A stretch of 64,000 nucleotides of DNA from an uncultured Nitrososphaerota archaeon (lineage in GTDB: Archaea; Korarchaeota; Korarchaeia; Korarchaeales; Korarchaeaceae): positions 133,295 through 197,294 of the forward strand of contig CAZQNA010000003.1 of NCBI GenBank assembly GCA_964594835.1. The letters are read 5' to 3'. Numbering within the stretch: position 1 is the first letter of the stretch; the number at the start of each line of letters is the position of its first letter. The notes below the pieces were generated by a model. The model was not told where the DNA came from. It worked only from the letters and a program-made list of their open reading frames with translations, and did no database searches. Below are positions 44,143 through 54,000 of the stretch, in pieces. Position numbers and translations under genes: made by a program.

Positions 44143-46773
44143 ATGCAACGTTTGTTGTGGCTCATCTTGACGCTTCTGCTAGCTCTGCGATTAGTGGTTC
44201 CTGTGGAAACGGCGACCGCCGGGGGAGGCGTGTCCCTGAGCCTCGCGCCCGACGGAGGGCTGGAGTCCCTGGAGGCTCTGGGCGCTCAGGTCCGCCTCTC
44301 TGGGGATAGGATACTGTGGGTTCGGGAGCTGACGGAGGTCTTGAGCCAGCCCAGCGTCTTCGAGCTTGATCCGAGGGTCTCGCGGGCCCCGAGGGATTGG
44401 TCCGTCGAGGTCGAGGGAGGCCCCGTGAACGTCACGTGCGCCGGCCAGGGAGGGAAGGCCGTGATCAGGTTAGGTGAGGCCCCCGTTGAGGGCGGAGCGA
44501 GCTACGCGGTGAGCGCGCTGTTCTCGGCCGGGCTCGGACTAATCGACGCAGGCGTCCCTCCCATCGCTCAGCTCTGGGTCCGCTGGATCGACCGCTCTGG
44601 CGGCGAGATCAGGGAGATGATCCTGTCGGCCTCGGGCAGCGTTCCGGCGCCCAAGAGGTTTACCAACCTGACCACAGCTCCTCCGGGGGCGGCCTCGCTT
44701 GAACTCTACTTCGTCGTTGCCTGTCCGACCTTGGAGGAGCCCCTCTGGGTGGCCGTGGAATCCCCGGCGGTCGTGGGGCTGCGTGGGTCGGTCGAGTGGA
44801 GGCCGGTGCCGCTGGCCATAGAGGGCGAGGGGGAAGGCTGGAGCGAGTTCTCCGGGGAGCTGGACGGCGTGGCCTACCGGCTGAGGGTTCGGACCGCTGG
44901 AAACCCGGCGACCCTCAGTCTGGAGGTGGAGAACCTGGATGACCGCGAGAGGGCTCTGGACGTGGCCCTGGCCATCCCCATCGACCCTCGTGGGTGGCGC
45001 CTCTGGCTGGACCCTCGCACTGAGGAGCCGATCGAGGGGAGGGCGCGGGCCAGGACGGTCAACTCTCTGGTCTCGGGCGGCTACCTGCCCATCTCCATGT
45101 ACCCGCTGGCGGCCGCGTCTGGCGAGGGGGTCACGCTGGGCCTGGCGGTACCCCTGGACGAGCCGAGGATCCACACGTTCGGCCACGAGCCCGGGGTGGG
45201 GTTCGGCGCCTTCTTCCCCGTCGGGCTCACGGGGTCCGGGTCCAGGCACTCGAAGGCCGAACTCGAGGTTCACCTGTACGCCTGCGAGGGGTGGGAGGGG
45301 ATGAGGGGGATCATCCAGCGCTACTACGCGGACCACCCTGGGTGGTTCTCGCCCAGCGTGGATCTGCCGCTGTCAGAACTCCGAGAGCCCGGCAGAGCCT
45401 CAAGACCCTTCGTTCAGGTGCACCTGCAGTACCCCTCGGCGGCCAGGCGGGCCTCAGAGTACCGCGAGTACGCCTACGTGGCTCAGTACATCCTACCCTG
45501 GGAGTACGAGCCCGTGACCGGCGTGTCCGTGGAGGAGATGCCGCCGAGCTACTGGAAGACAGTCTCCAGGGTGGAGGAGCTGGCTGGCGACGCCAGCCCG
45601 GAGGGGATCAAGGCCCGGGCCGCCCTCTCCAGCGCGCCTCGCGACGAGAGCGGGTTCGCCATAGTGGCGAGCCTGCTCAGGGGGCCCAGCTGGAGGCCCG
45701 GAGAGTGGGTTCCTAGGATCCCCATGAATGCAGACCCCGACCTGCCCGGGTACAACGTGTGGAACTACACCACGGACCTGCTGACCGCGGCGCTGAGCAA
45801 CGCTGAGGCGTGGGGCCTGGAGATCGACGGCATCGAGCTAGACAACTTCATGGGCAGGAGCGGCGCCGTGGACTTGAGGCGCGAGGCCATCGAGGCCCTC
45901 GACGGGGACCTGACCTACGACCCCAACACGTTCAGGCCGGCCGCGCACCTCTCGTACGCCTCCGCGGAGTACCTGTGGGCATTGAGGGAGTGGATGGACT
46001 CGGCCATGCCCGGCGGCCTGACCGGCAACTTCATCGCCGAGGGCTACCCGAACTTCGGGCTGCCCTACCTGGACGCGCTCCCGTTCGAGTGCTCGCCCAG
46101 GGGGTTCAACTGGGGCGACGTGGAGCTCCTGTACAGGAGATTCGCGGCCGGCTCGAGGGCGGCCATCGGCGTGATAACCACCCCGCCCGCGGAGCAGCCG
46201 GGCATCCTCAGAGAGTTCGTCGACGGGCTCATCTTCTACGGCATCCTCCCGACGGTGAAAGAGGACATGGAGGTGAGCGAGGACGAGGCCTCCCTGCTGC
46301 GGGAGGCCGCCGGGGTCTTCCTAGAACTCCACTCGGCGGGTTGGAGGCCGGTGACGGGCGCCGCTGGGGAAGGAGGGCTGCTGGTGGAGAGGTTCGGCGA
46401 CTGGCCGAGCCTCTACCTAACGATCCGGAACCCCGGAGGCGAGGAGGTGCCCCTCGCCGTCTCGGTCTCTCCCGGCCTGATCCCCCCGACGGAGGGGGTG
46501 CGGGTCAGCGTCCTCTGGGGGAGCGTGGACGAGGTGGAGTGCGTCCGCTCGCCCGGCGGACCCCTCAGGCTGATGGGAGGATCGATCGGTCCCGGGGAGA
46601 CCCTCGTCATCCGCCTCTCGCCGACCGAGCCCGGCACCACACCGACCGGAGGCGGGTCGGGCCTGATCACCCGGGTGGCCCTCCCGCTGGCCGCCCTCGG
46701 GGTCGCCCTGCTCCTCGCCTGGATCGTCTGGCGCGGTGTCGGGAGGATGCCGTCGCCGGCTCCGGGCGGTTAA
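44143..46773 (+). CDS. Secreted, membrane-anchored putative glycoside hydrolase
   Basis: Signal peptide, beta-sandwich domains, DGIELDN...PFE acidic motifs, Pro/Thr linker, C-terminal TM. Confidence 0.6.
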   Translation: MQRLLWLILTLLLALRLVVPVETATAGGGVSLSLAPDGGLESLEALGAQVRLSGDRILWVRELTEVLSQPSVFELDPRVSRAPRDWSVEVEGGPVNVTCAGQGGKAVIRLGEAPVEGGASYAVSALFSAGLGLIDAGVPPIAQLWVRWIDRSGGEIREMILSASGSVPAPKRFTNLTTAPPGAASLELYFVVACPTLEEPLWVAVESPAVVGLRGSVEWRPVPLAIEGEGEGWSEFSGELDGVAYRLRVRTAGNPATLSLEVENLDDRERALDVALAIPIDPRGWRLWLDPRTEEPIEGRARARTVNSLVSGGYLPISMYPLAAASGEGVTLGLAVPLDEPRIHTFGHEPGVGFGAFFPVGLTGSGSRHSKAELEVHLYACEGWEGMRGIIQRYYADHPGWFSPSVDLPLSELREPGRASRPFVQVHLQYPSAARRASEYREYAYVAQYILPWEYEPVTGVSVEEMPPSYWKTVSRVEELAGDASPEGIKARAALSSAPRDESGFAIVASLLRGPSWRPGEWVPRIPMNADPDLPGYNVWNYTTDLLTAALSNAEAWGLEIDGIELDNFMGRSGAVDLRREAIEALDGDLTYDPNTFRPAAHLSYASAEYLWALREWMDSAMPGGLTGNFIAEGYPNFGLPYLDALPFECSPRGFNWGDVELLYRRFAAGSRAAIGVITTPPAEQPGILREFVDGLIFYGILPTVKEDMEVSEDEASLLREAAGVFLELHSAGWRPVTGAAGEGGLLVERFGDWPSLYLTIRNPGGEEVPLAVSVSPGLIPPTEGVRVSVLWGSVDEVECVRSPGGPLRLMGGSIGPGETLVIRLSPTEPGTTPTGGGSGLITRVALPLAALGVALLLAWIVWRGVGRMPSPAPGG

Positions 46774-46806
46774 TAAGGTTCGGCGGCCGAACCGGCGGGT
46801 GGTGAG

Positions 46807-47389
46807 GTGGGGAGGGCCGCCGTGTTCATAGACGGCGGGTACATTAGGGCGGTCCTGAGGCACCTCGGGGAGCCCAGGATAGACTACGAGAAGCTCTCCG
46901 ACAGGATCTGCGGAGACCTGGAGAGGGTGAGGGCCTACTACTACGACTGCCTCCCCCACCTGGCCGAGCGCCCCGGGGAGGAGGACAAGGGAGAGGTACG
47001 CCAGGATGGAGAGGTTCCTGAACACGCTCAGGAGCCTCCCAAGGTTCGAGATCAGGCTGGGGAAACAGGTGGTCAGACCCACGGACGGGGGAGCCGAGAG
47101 GTACGAGCAGAAGCAGGTCGACGTGATGCTGGCCCTCGACCTGGTCAAGCTGAGCTGGCTCGGGAGGATGGACGTGGCGGTGCTGGTGGCGGGCGACGAC
47201 GACTTCGTTCCGGCCGTGCGGGAGGCAAGGGAGTACGGGGTCGTGGTCAGGCTGTGCTACCAGCCGGGGAACGTGGGCCTTGAGCTGCTGAACGCCGCCG
47301 ACGAGAGGCTGGAACTCACGGAGAGCCTGATAAAGGAGGTCAGGCTGGGGAGGACGGGCGCCTCCCGCCGCGAGACCTCTGGGGGTTAA
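46807..47389 (+). pseudogene. NYN/LabA-DUF88 (PIN-fold) gene with +1 frameshift
   Basis: AVFIDGGY...YYYD in one frame; EQKQVDV...VAGDDDFVP in the next; one extra base near 46988-46991. Confidence 0.85.
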
Positions 47390-47413
47390 AAGGAGCGGGA
47401 GGGGGGTTGAGCG

Positions 47414-47746
47414 ATGTCCGAACTCTACGACGTCGAGGAGTTCTGGAAGTTCGACATGAGGGTGGGCCTGATAACCGACGCGGAGAGGATCCCCAGGTCC
47501 AGGAAGCTCATCAGGCTGGAGGTGGACTTCGGGGGAGAGTCCAGGACCATCGTAGCTGGAGTGGGCGACCAGTACGCTCCCGAGGACTTCGTAGGCAAGA
47601 AGATGATATTCGTCCTCAACCTGAAGCCCAAGAGGCTGATGGGAATCGAGAGCAGGGGAATGCTGGTCGTGGCTGAGGAGGAGTCCGGGAGGGTGCACCT
47701 AATAGAGGTCGGAGAGGCTGTGCCTGTAGGGGCCAAGGTGTGGTAG
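47414..47746 (+). CDS. tRNA-binding OB-fold protein (CsaA/Trbp111/MetRS-C)
   Basis: DMRVG, KLIRLEVDFG, RTIVAG, NLKPKRLMGIESRGM. Confidence 0.93.
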   Translation: MSELYDVEEFWKFDMRVGLITDAERIPRSRKLIRLEVDFGGESRTIVAGVGDQYAPEDFVGKKMIFVLNLKPKRLMGIESRGMLVVAEEESGRVHLIEVGEAVPVGAKVW

Positions 47747-47781
47747 GCAGTCCGCCTGAGTCCGCCGGGGGCCGAGGTCCA

Positions 47782-48219
47782 ATGCCGATAATAGCCCATA
47801 GGGGTGTTGGAGAGCCCGCAACACCCTCGACGCGTTCAGGAGGGCATCGAAGTTCGACGCGCTCGACAGGGTCATATTCTCAAGCACGGACCCGGGCGTC
47901 CTCTCAGGCATCAGGAGGCTGAGCGGGAGGGCCAGGCTCGCCTTCTCAATCGTCAGGGAGAGGGACGTAGCCACCTTCCCGTGGCTGAAGGCGGGGCTCC
48001 GCCCGTACCCCCCTCCACGTCCCGCTCGACGGCGTCGACCGCGTCGGCATGCCGGTCCTCAAGCTGCTGGTCAGGTGGGCCAGGCTCATCGGGCTGAGGA
48101 TAGGCTTCTGGAGCTACGAGGCGGACGAGCTGTCGTACCTCCCGAGGCTGATGGGCTACTTCGACTACGTGATCGCCGACGATCCCCTCGGGGTGAGAGA
48201 GCTGGTCGGGCGCTGGTAG
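47782..48219 (+). pseudogene. Glycerophosphodiester phosphodiesterase remnant
   Basis: MPIIAHRG, frameshift, NTLDAFRRA, then a jump to DRVIFSS (core deleted), a further shift, and the end DYVIADDP. Confidence 0.75.
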
Positions 48220-48276
48220 CGAAGGGTTGAGCGGGCGCGTGAGGCCCGCGCAGACGAAATAACCCGGCCCAGCGGC

Positions 48277-48537
48277 GTGCTCCACGTGAGGATCAGGGTC
48301 AGGGATCCCGGGAAAGGCCTCGCCGTTACCCTCGAGGTCGGGCCCGAGGCGTCGGTGGCCTCGGTGAAGCAGGCGGCCTGCTCCGCCCTCGGCCTGGACC
48401 CGGAGGGGTACGTCCTGATGGCCGGGTACAGGGCCATGCCGGAGGCCTCCACCCTCTCCTCGGAGGGGGTGCGCGAGGGGGACGTGCTGACGCTGATCCA
48501 GAGGGGCGTCTGGAGGGTGCTGAGCGGGGGAGGTTAA
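48277..48537 (+). CDS. Ubiquitin-like (beta-grasp) protein ending in GGG
   Basis: VTLEVGPEASVASVK...LGLDP...LMAGYR...TLSSEGVREGDVLTL matches the ubiquitin/UBL pattern. Confidence 0.75.
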   Translation: MLHVRIRVRDPGKGLAVTLEVGPEASVASVKQAACSALGLDPEGYVLMAGYRAMPEASTLSSEGVREGDVLTLIQRGVWRVLSGGG

Positions 48538-48561
48538 GGATCGGGCCGAGGGCTCCCCGCG

Positions 48562-49746
48562 TCACGACGGGCTCAGCACGACGGAGGCCGTCCCCTCCAC
48601 CCGGAAGGACACGTCGCTGGGCATCAGCGGCACCAGCGCCTCGAGCCCCTGCCAGGGTCCGCTGTAGGTCGCGCTCACCCGGTGGACGCCGGACTCGAGC
48701 GGGCCGACCCACTCCACCAGCGACTCGATGTGCTCCTCCAAGTAGGCCCCGATTAGCTTGGAGGGCAGGGGTCCGGAGTTCCTCGCCGAGCCGGTCTTGA
48801 GGACACAGAGGGTCTCCGCATCCCCTGGAACGTCGAAGGAGTCTGGGGTGCGGTTCTTCGAGTCAGGCAGGTTGTTGACGTCGATCTCGACTATCCTCCC
48901 CTCGTCGTCGAGCACGACGTAGACGAGGACCTCCCAGCTCCCGCTGTAGCCGTACTGGTACGTCTGGTTCGTGTCACACTGCCCCTCCGGCGACGTCACC
49001 TTGATGTGGTTCCTCGCGTTCACGTAGAGCCCCTGGAGCTCGAGCGTCCCGGTGCCCCCGTAGGTGTTGCCCGCCATGCGGGTTAGATCTGCGGTGAGAA
49101 TGAGCGTCTCCTCCCTCACGACCGAGCCCGTGGAGTGCGTCGTCACATCCCCGGCCAACATAGTCGTGGATCCCCCGCCGGTTATCGTCAGCTGGAGCAC
49201 TATCTCCAGGCTGAGGCTCTCGGCCAGAGGCCCCTCTGCACCCTCCCCTCCCGGAGAGGGCTGACCCTGTTCCCCGCCGCCCGCGCCCTCGCCTTCTCCG
49301 GCGCCTCCGCCGGGCGGCTGGGTCTGCCCGGGCGCCGGGTACTGGAGGGGCACCCTGACCTCCCCGGAGCCGTAGTCGAGCACCAAGAAGTAGCTCCCCG
49401 AGGACGCGGCGCCCCTCGGGGGCAGGGCCGTCTCGACCCTGACCTCCTCGACCTCTCCTGGGTCGAGGCTGAAGTCCGCCGGCGACGCGGCACCCTCGAT
49501 CCCCTCCACGCGCGCGTGGACGGACACCTGCTGATCGGCGACGCTCGACACCTGGGCCCTGCCCTCGGCCCTCTTCCCCGGCTTGGGGACCATGGGGATG
49601 ACTGGCGGGCTCACCTGGATCGGGGGCTCTCCCCCCGACGGGGTCGGGGATAGAGTCGGAGATCGGCGCCAGCACGCGGCGAGGAAGAGGGTGGCGGAGC
49701 CAGCGAGCGCCAGGACGATTATCGCGAGCACCACCCCGGTCCTCAC
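48562..49746 (-). CDS. Membrane-anchored secreted hypothetical protein with Ig-like domain and G/P/E linker
   Basis: N-terminal TM, Pro-rich and Gly-Glu linkers, beta-rich domains. Confidence 0.7.
   Translation of the reverse strand: MRTGVVLAIIVLALAGSATLFLAACWRRSPTLSPTPSGGEPPIQVSPPVIPMVPKPGKRAEGRAQVSSVADQQVSVHARVEGIEGAASPADFSLDPGEVEEVRVETALPPRGAASSGSYFLVLDYGSGEVRVPLQYPAPGQTQPPGGGAGEGEGAGGGEQGQPSPGGEGAEGPLAESLSLEIVLQLTITGGGSTTMLAGDVTTHSTGSVVREETLILTADLTRMAGNTYGGTGTLELQGLYVNARNHIKVTSPEGQCDTNQTYQYGYSGSWEVLVYVVLDDEGRIVEIDVNNLPDSKNRTPDSFDVPGDAETLCVLKTGSARNSGPLPSKLIGAYLEEHIESLVEWVGPLESGVHRVSATYSGPWQGLEALVPLMPSDVSFRVEGTASVVLSPS
49410..49437 (+). repeat. 28-bp direct repeat, copy 1
   Basis: CGCCCCTCGGGGGCAGGGCCGTCTCGAC, identical to 57913-57940. 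Confidence 0.85.
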
Positions 49747-49979
49747 GGTCGATCCCGGTTACACCTACCCCCCCAGACTATTTATCCCAACGGGACGCCC
49801 CGTATGGACGAAGGATCCATCCACCTGCCCCCCTCCGAGCCGCCGACAGTTCCCGGCACCAAGGGCCCCTCGCGAATCCCGAGGCGCCTCGTCCGCCCTG
49901 ACCGCCCGAGGCCGCTCCAGGCGGCGACATTCTGCGCAGCTTAAATGTACAGACATATTGTAAATACGCAGGGTGTGAC

Positions 49980-50204
49980 GTGGGGACCATCACGATAAGG
50001 GTGGACGAGGAGCTCAGGCGGAGGATGCGGAGGGTCAAGATAAACTGGTCTGAGTACCTCAGGGAGGCCATTAGGAAGAGAATTGAGATTGAAGAGAGGA
50101 GAGAGGCTGCCAAGGCGCTCTTGGAGGATTTGAGAAGTGGGAAACACGCCGTCCCGAGGGGGTTCGTGAACAGAGCGATAAGGGAGGCGAGGGAGGCCCA
50201 TTGA
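49980..50204 (+). CDS. RHH VapB antitoxin
   Basis: TITIRVDEEL...INWSEYLREAI; ATGT-ACAG-ACAT palindrome after the TATA box (49945-49956). Confidence 0.9.
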   Translation: MGTITIRVDEELRRRMRRVKINWSEYLREAIRKRIEIEERREAAKALLEDLRSGKHAVPRGFVNRAIREAREAH

Positions 50205-50632
50205 GGGCCTACGTGGTGGACGCGTCCGTGGCTGTCAGGTTCCTCCTGGTCGAAGAGCTGTCGGAGAAGGCCGCCAAGGTGCTGGAGGACTTCCTCGCCG
50301 GGTCGGTGGACCTAGCGGCCCCGGGGCTGATCGTGTACGAGGTGGGGAACGCCCTCTGGAGGGCCGTCAGGATGGGGTTCATGGGCGAGGAGGAGTCCAA
50401 GCAGAAGTTCCTCCAGTTCCTGAGGCTCAGGATATCGAGCGTGAGGCTGGGCGAGGGGGATCTAGTCGAGGTCCTCAGGTGGGCGGCGGAGAATGACGTC
50501 ACCTACTACGACGCCGCATACGTGGTGGCCTCGAGGGCTGCGAGGGCCGCGCTGCTGACCGCCGACGACGTCCTCTACGAGAGGGCGCGGGGGGAGGTCG
50601 AGGCGGTTCACCTGCGTGAGTACACTTCTTAG
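50201..50632 (+). CDS. vapC: VapC PIN-domain toxin
   Basis: VVDASV, YEVGNALW, YDAAY, LLTAD. Confidence 0.93.
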   Translation: MRAYVVDASVAVRFLLVEELSEKAAKVLEDFLAGSVDLAAPGLIVYEVGNALWRAVRMGFMGEEESKQKFLQFLRLRISSVRLGEGDLVEVLRWAAENDVTYYDAAYVVASRAARAALLTADDVLYERARGEVEAVHLREYTS

Positions 50633-50645
50633 CCGCCACGAAGTA

Positions 50646-51020
50646 TCAGGGCCGATGGCCAGTTCGACGCGCGGAAGCGGCTCCGCTGACCTCGGCCCTC
50701 GGACGTTCTAGGAAATCCGCTCTCACGCCCGATCTCACGTTAGCATCCGCCACGGTCCTGCCCTCTGGGGTCTCGTCCCAGGGGGAGAGACCCCAGACCA
50801 GGAAGTCAGTCTCCAAGAAGAGGCCCGGGCTGACCCCTTGCTCGAGCATCAGGAGGTGGGCCCTCCTGCACATCTCCAGGTGCTCCCTAGACAGGTAGTC
50901 CGGCCCGTAGTACTCGGCGAGGTCCCAGTCCCCGACGAATACGGCGGTCTTCAGGGTCCTCCTCTCGGGCAGGTCGAACCTGAACATCCTGATCCTGACC
51001 CCAGGGCCCTGGAGAGCCCC
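50646..51020 (-). pseudogene. Gene fragment (part of a larger extracellular-type protein)
   Basis: Host-like coding segment (FDLPERRTLKTA...HLLMLEQGVSP) with no clear start and a drifting C-terminus. Confidence 0.4.
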
Positions 51021-51073
51021 CTGCAGGAGACGACCCCCGGAGTAGACCCCAGCGGGCGTCCCCCTGAGAACCC

Positions 51074-54000
51074 TCAGCTCGCAGAGTGCCGTCTCTCCTC
51101 GTATCTCTTCTTGAGTTCTAGGTACAGCCCTCTACTGATCCTCCCCTCCCTATATGCCTTATCTAGCTTCTCCAGTCTCTCTCGGATTTCTCCCTCCCGC
51201 ACCCTCCTCTTCCTCACGTAGGCCGCAGCGAGGACGGCCGCGACTAGGGCCAATACTACTGGGAGGAGGAACCTCTCGAGCGCCCGGATCGCCTCCCTCG
51301 GGAGTTCCGAGAGCCGGTCCCCACTCGGGCCAGCGGGTTCTCTCGGCCCCTCCGACGTGAGGGGAGGAGCAGGCGCCGTCTCCGTGGGAGGAGAAGTCTC
51401 CTCGGGGGGTCCAGGCTGACTCACCCGCTCGAAGGGGGAGACGTAGTAGTACGTCGCGCTCCCCCCGATCACGGTGGCCGAGATGAGTGTGTGCGCCCCT
51501 CTCCACTCATCCGCAGAGGCCCACACCTCGACCGAGCCCCCTGGAGATATTCGGACTACCCTGCTGGGTGGAGAGGTGAGGTTGGCCTCCGTGAGGAAGC
51601 TGACAACCGCGGTCAGCTCCTCCTCGGTCGGGTTGGAAACTCTGGCTGTGAGCCTTCCCCCCTCAAGCCTCACCCTCGAGATCACGACGACCCTCCTGGA
51701 AGCGTCAACCCTCAGGCGTCTGAATGTGGTCGAGGCCTCGTCCAGGGACCTTTCAAGATCCCCGAGGAAGGGGGCTGGATCCTCCCCGGCTATAATGCAC
51801 GCTCTCACCTTCGCAGAGGTCAGTAATATGCCAGCCTCCGCCCGGAAGGCCGACAGAGGGTCATCCGACCTAACCCCGGCCAGCGCCATCCGCTCCACGA
51901 GCCCCTCTTCCGCCTCAGAGAACTCGTCGATGGAGACACGTTCTCCAGACTTCATCCTGTTCAAGAGATCCCTGAAGCCCTCAAAGTCGACGTCAGGAGT
52001 GATCCAGGTCCTCTCCTCGTCTGAGCTCGGGTCACCTGGGTAGAAGGCGAGGGACACGCCGTGGGCCGTCCCCTCCGCGGCGGAGACCATGCCCGCCGCC
52101 GACAGAGAGAGGGCGTAGAGGTTCGACTCGGTCTGGATCAGCGCGTTCAGCAGGGAGATCATCTCCGTGAGCTCTCCCACGACCGGCACCTTTGAGAGGA
52201 TACCGATTACCTCAGAGACCAGGTCTGTGGCGTTCGATATCAGTTCAAAGAGATCGATAGCGCTCAGGGCCGCCTCGAAGCCAGCCGTGGCGTTGCGCTC
52301 CCAGGAGTCGACCGCGGCCCTGGCCTTCTCGTAGGTCTCCCCGTACTCCCCGGCCGCAGCCTGGGACGCCGCCCAGTCGAGCGACCCCTGCGTCTCGGAC
52401 ACGTACCAGTCCATGAGGGCACCCCTGCCAGCGCTCTCTATCGCTGGGTTCACGCCCTCCTCCACGAAGAACTCGGCGATTCCCCCGACCGAGCCCGCGG
52501 TCAGGCTGACCGCTGAGCCGGCCTGCGACATGGCCTGGCCCAGATCCTCTGGAACCCCCTCGGCGGAGGAGAGGTGCTCGAGGAAGAGGGCCAGGGTCTC
52601 GGCCACCTGCCCCCTCAGGTCCCCCGCGACCTCCCTGACGACGCCAGACTCGGACGTGGTGGCGATCTCGGTGAGGCCGTCGAGCACCGCCATCATTGAG
52701 AGTATGAAGGCGGCGATGGAATCTGTGAGGGAGTCGGCGAACTCCACTCCATACGGGTAGGTGAAGTTCACGACCTCCTCGGCCAGGACTAGCCTAGAGA
52801 AGTTCTCCGCGTCTGCCGAACCCCCGCCAGACAGCCACAGAGATACCTGAGACTCGATAGAGGACTCGTCATACCCGAGAGACTTCAGCCGATCAATCAG
52901 GTTTCTCTTTCTGTCTATCAGCTCGAGGAGCTCTCTCCCCACTATCACAGAGTCCCTGCCGAACCCCGGAGGGTAACCCTCCGCGGTGGCCTCGGCGGTG
53001 AACCCGCACACACCCATGGTGTCCGGGGCCGTCCACTCGAATGAGAACTCCCCTGAACCGTCCGTGAAGCCCGAGACGTCCGTCCAGCACGTCGATCTCA
53101 CCAGGACCCTGGCGCCCTCCACCGGAGCCGTCCCGGACATGACCCTCACCCTGACAGTCCCGCTCTCGGCCAGGTCCAAGGCATCCCCCGCGTCCACGAT
53201 GACTGATAGGGCGGGAAGGGTGCTCAGAGAGACGGCTCCGCCAGCGGACGATCCGGCGAATGTGATCTGGTCGTCCCACGAGAGGAGCATGCGGTGCGAC
53301 TGGAGCGGGAGGGACCACCTGAGCTCTCCCGTGGACGGGTCGTATGCCTCCGCCCCGAGACCCTCTATCGGGAACACCACCACGTCCCCAGCTATGACGG
53401 GGCAGACACCCGAGTAGGCCACGTGAGGACTCCTCCACCAGGCCACGCTTCCGTCGGGATCTATCCTCCAGTACCCGGACCCGGGGGAGCCGACGAGCAA
53501 GAAGCCGTCTCCCTCGACGACGCAGCCGAAGTGTCCACTCCCTAGCTTGAGCCTGGGCAGGGACAGGTTCCACATGAGTTCTCCGCTCCTCGGAGAGAGG
53601 CCAGCGGCCTCCCCGCTCATGAGGACGATCAGGGTGCCCCCGACGGGTATCACACGCTGTGGTACCCCCTCGATGCGAGCGAACCAGAGCTGGTTGAGGT
53701 CCTCGTCGTAGGCCCGGATGCCATACTCGTGGTACTTGAACTCGCCCTCCCGCGTCCTCCCCCTCCCCCCTCCACCCAAGAAGTAGGTGCCGTTGCGGTA
53801 GGCGGCGGAGGTGACCAGGTACGGGAGGTCGAAGACCTCCTCGCCGCTGTCCAGGTCGACGACGGCGGTGTTGTACCCCCAGTCGTCGGCCGTCCTCAAG
53901 ACGTAGGGAATGAAGACCAGCCCGCCGGCGGTCGAGGGGCACTCACACGGGACCCTCTCCTCCCACAGCGTGCGCCCCCTCCCGTCGTAGGCGCGGGTCC

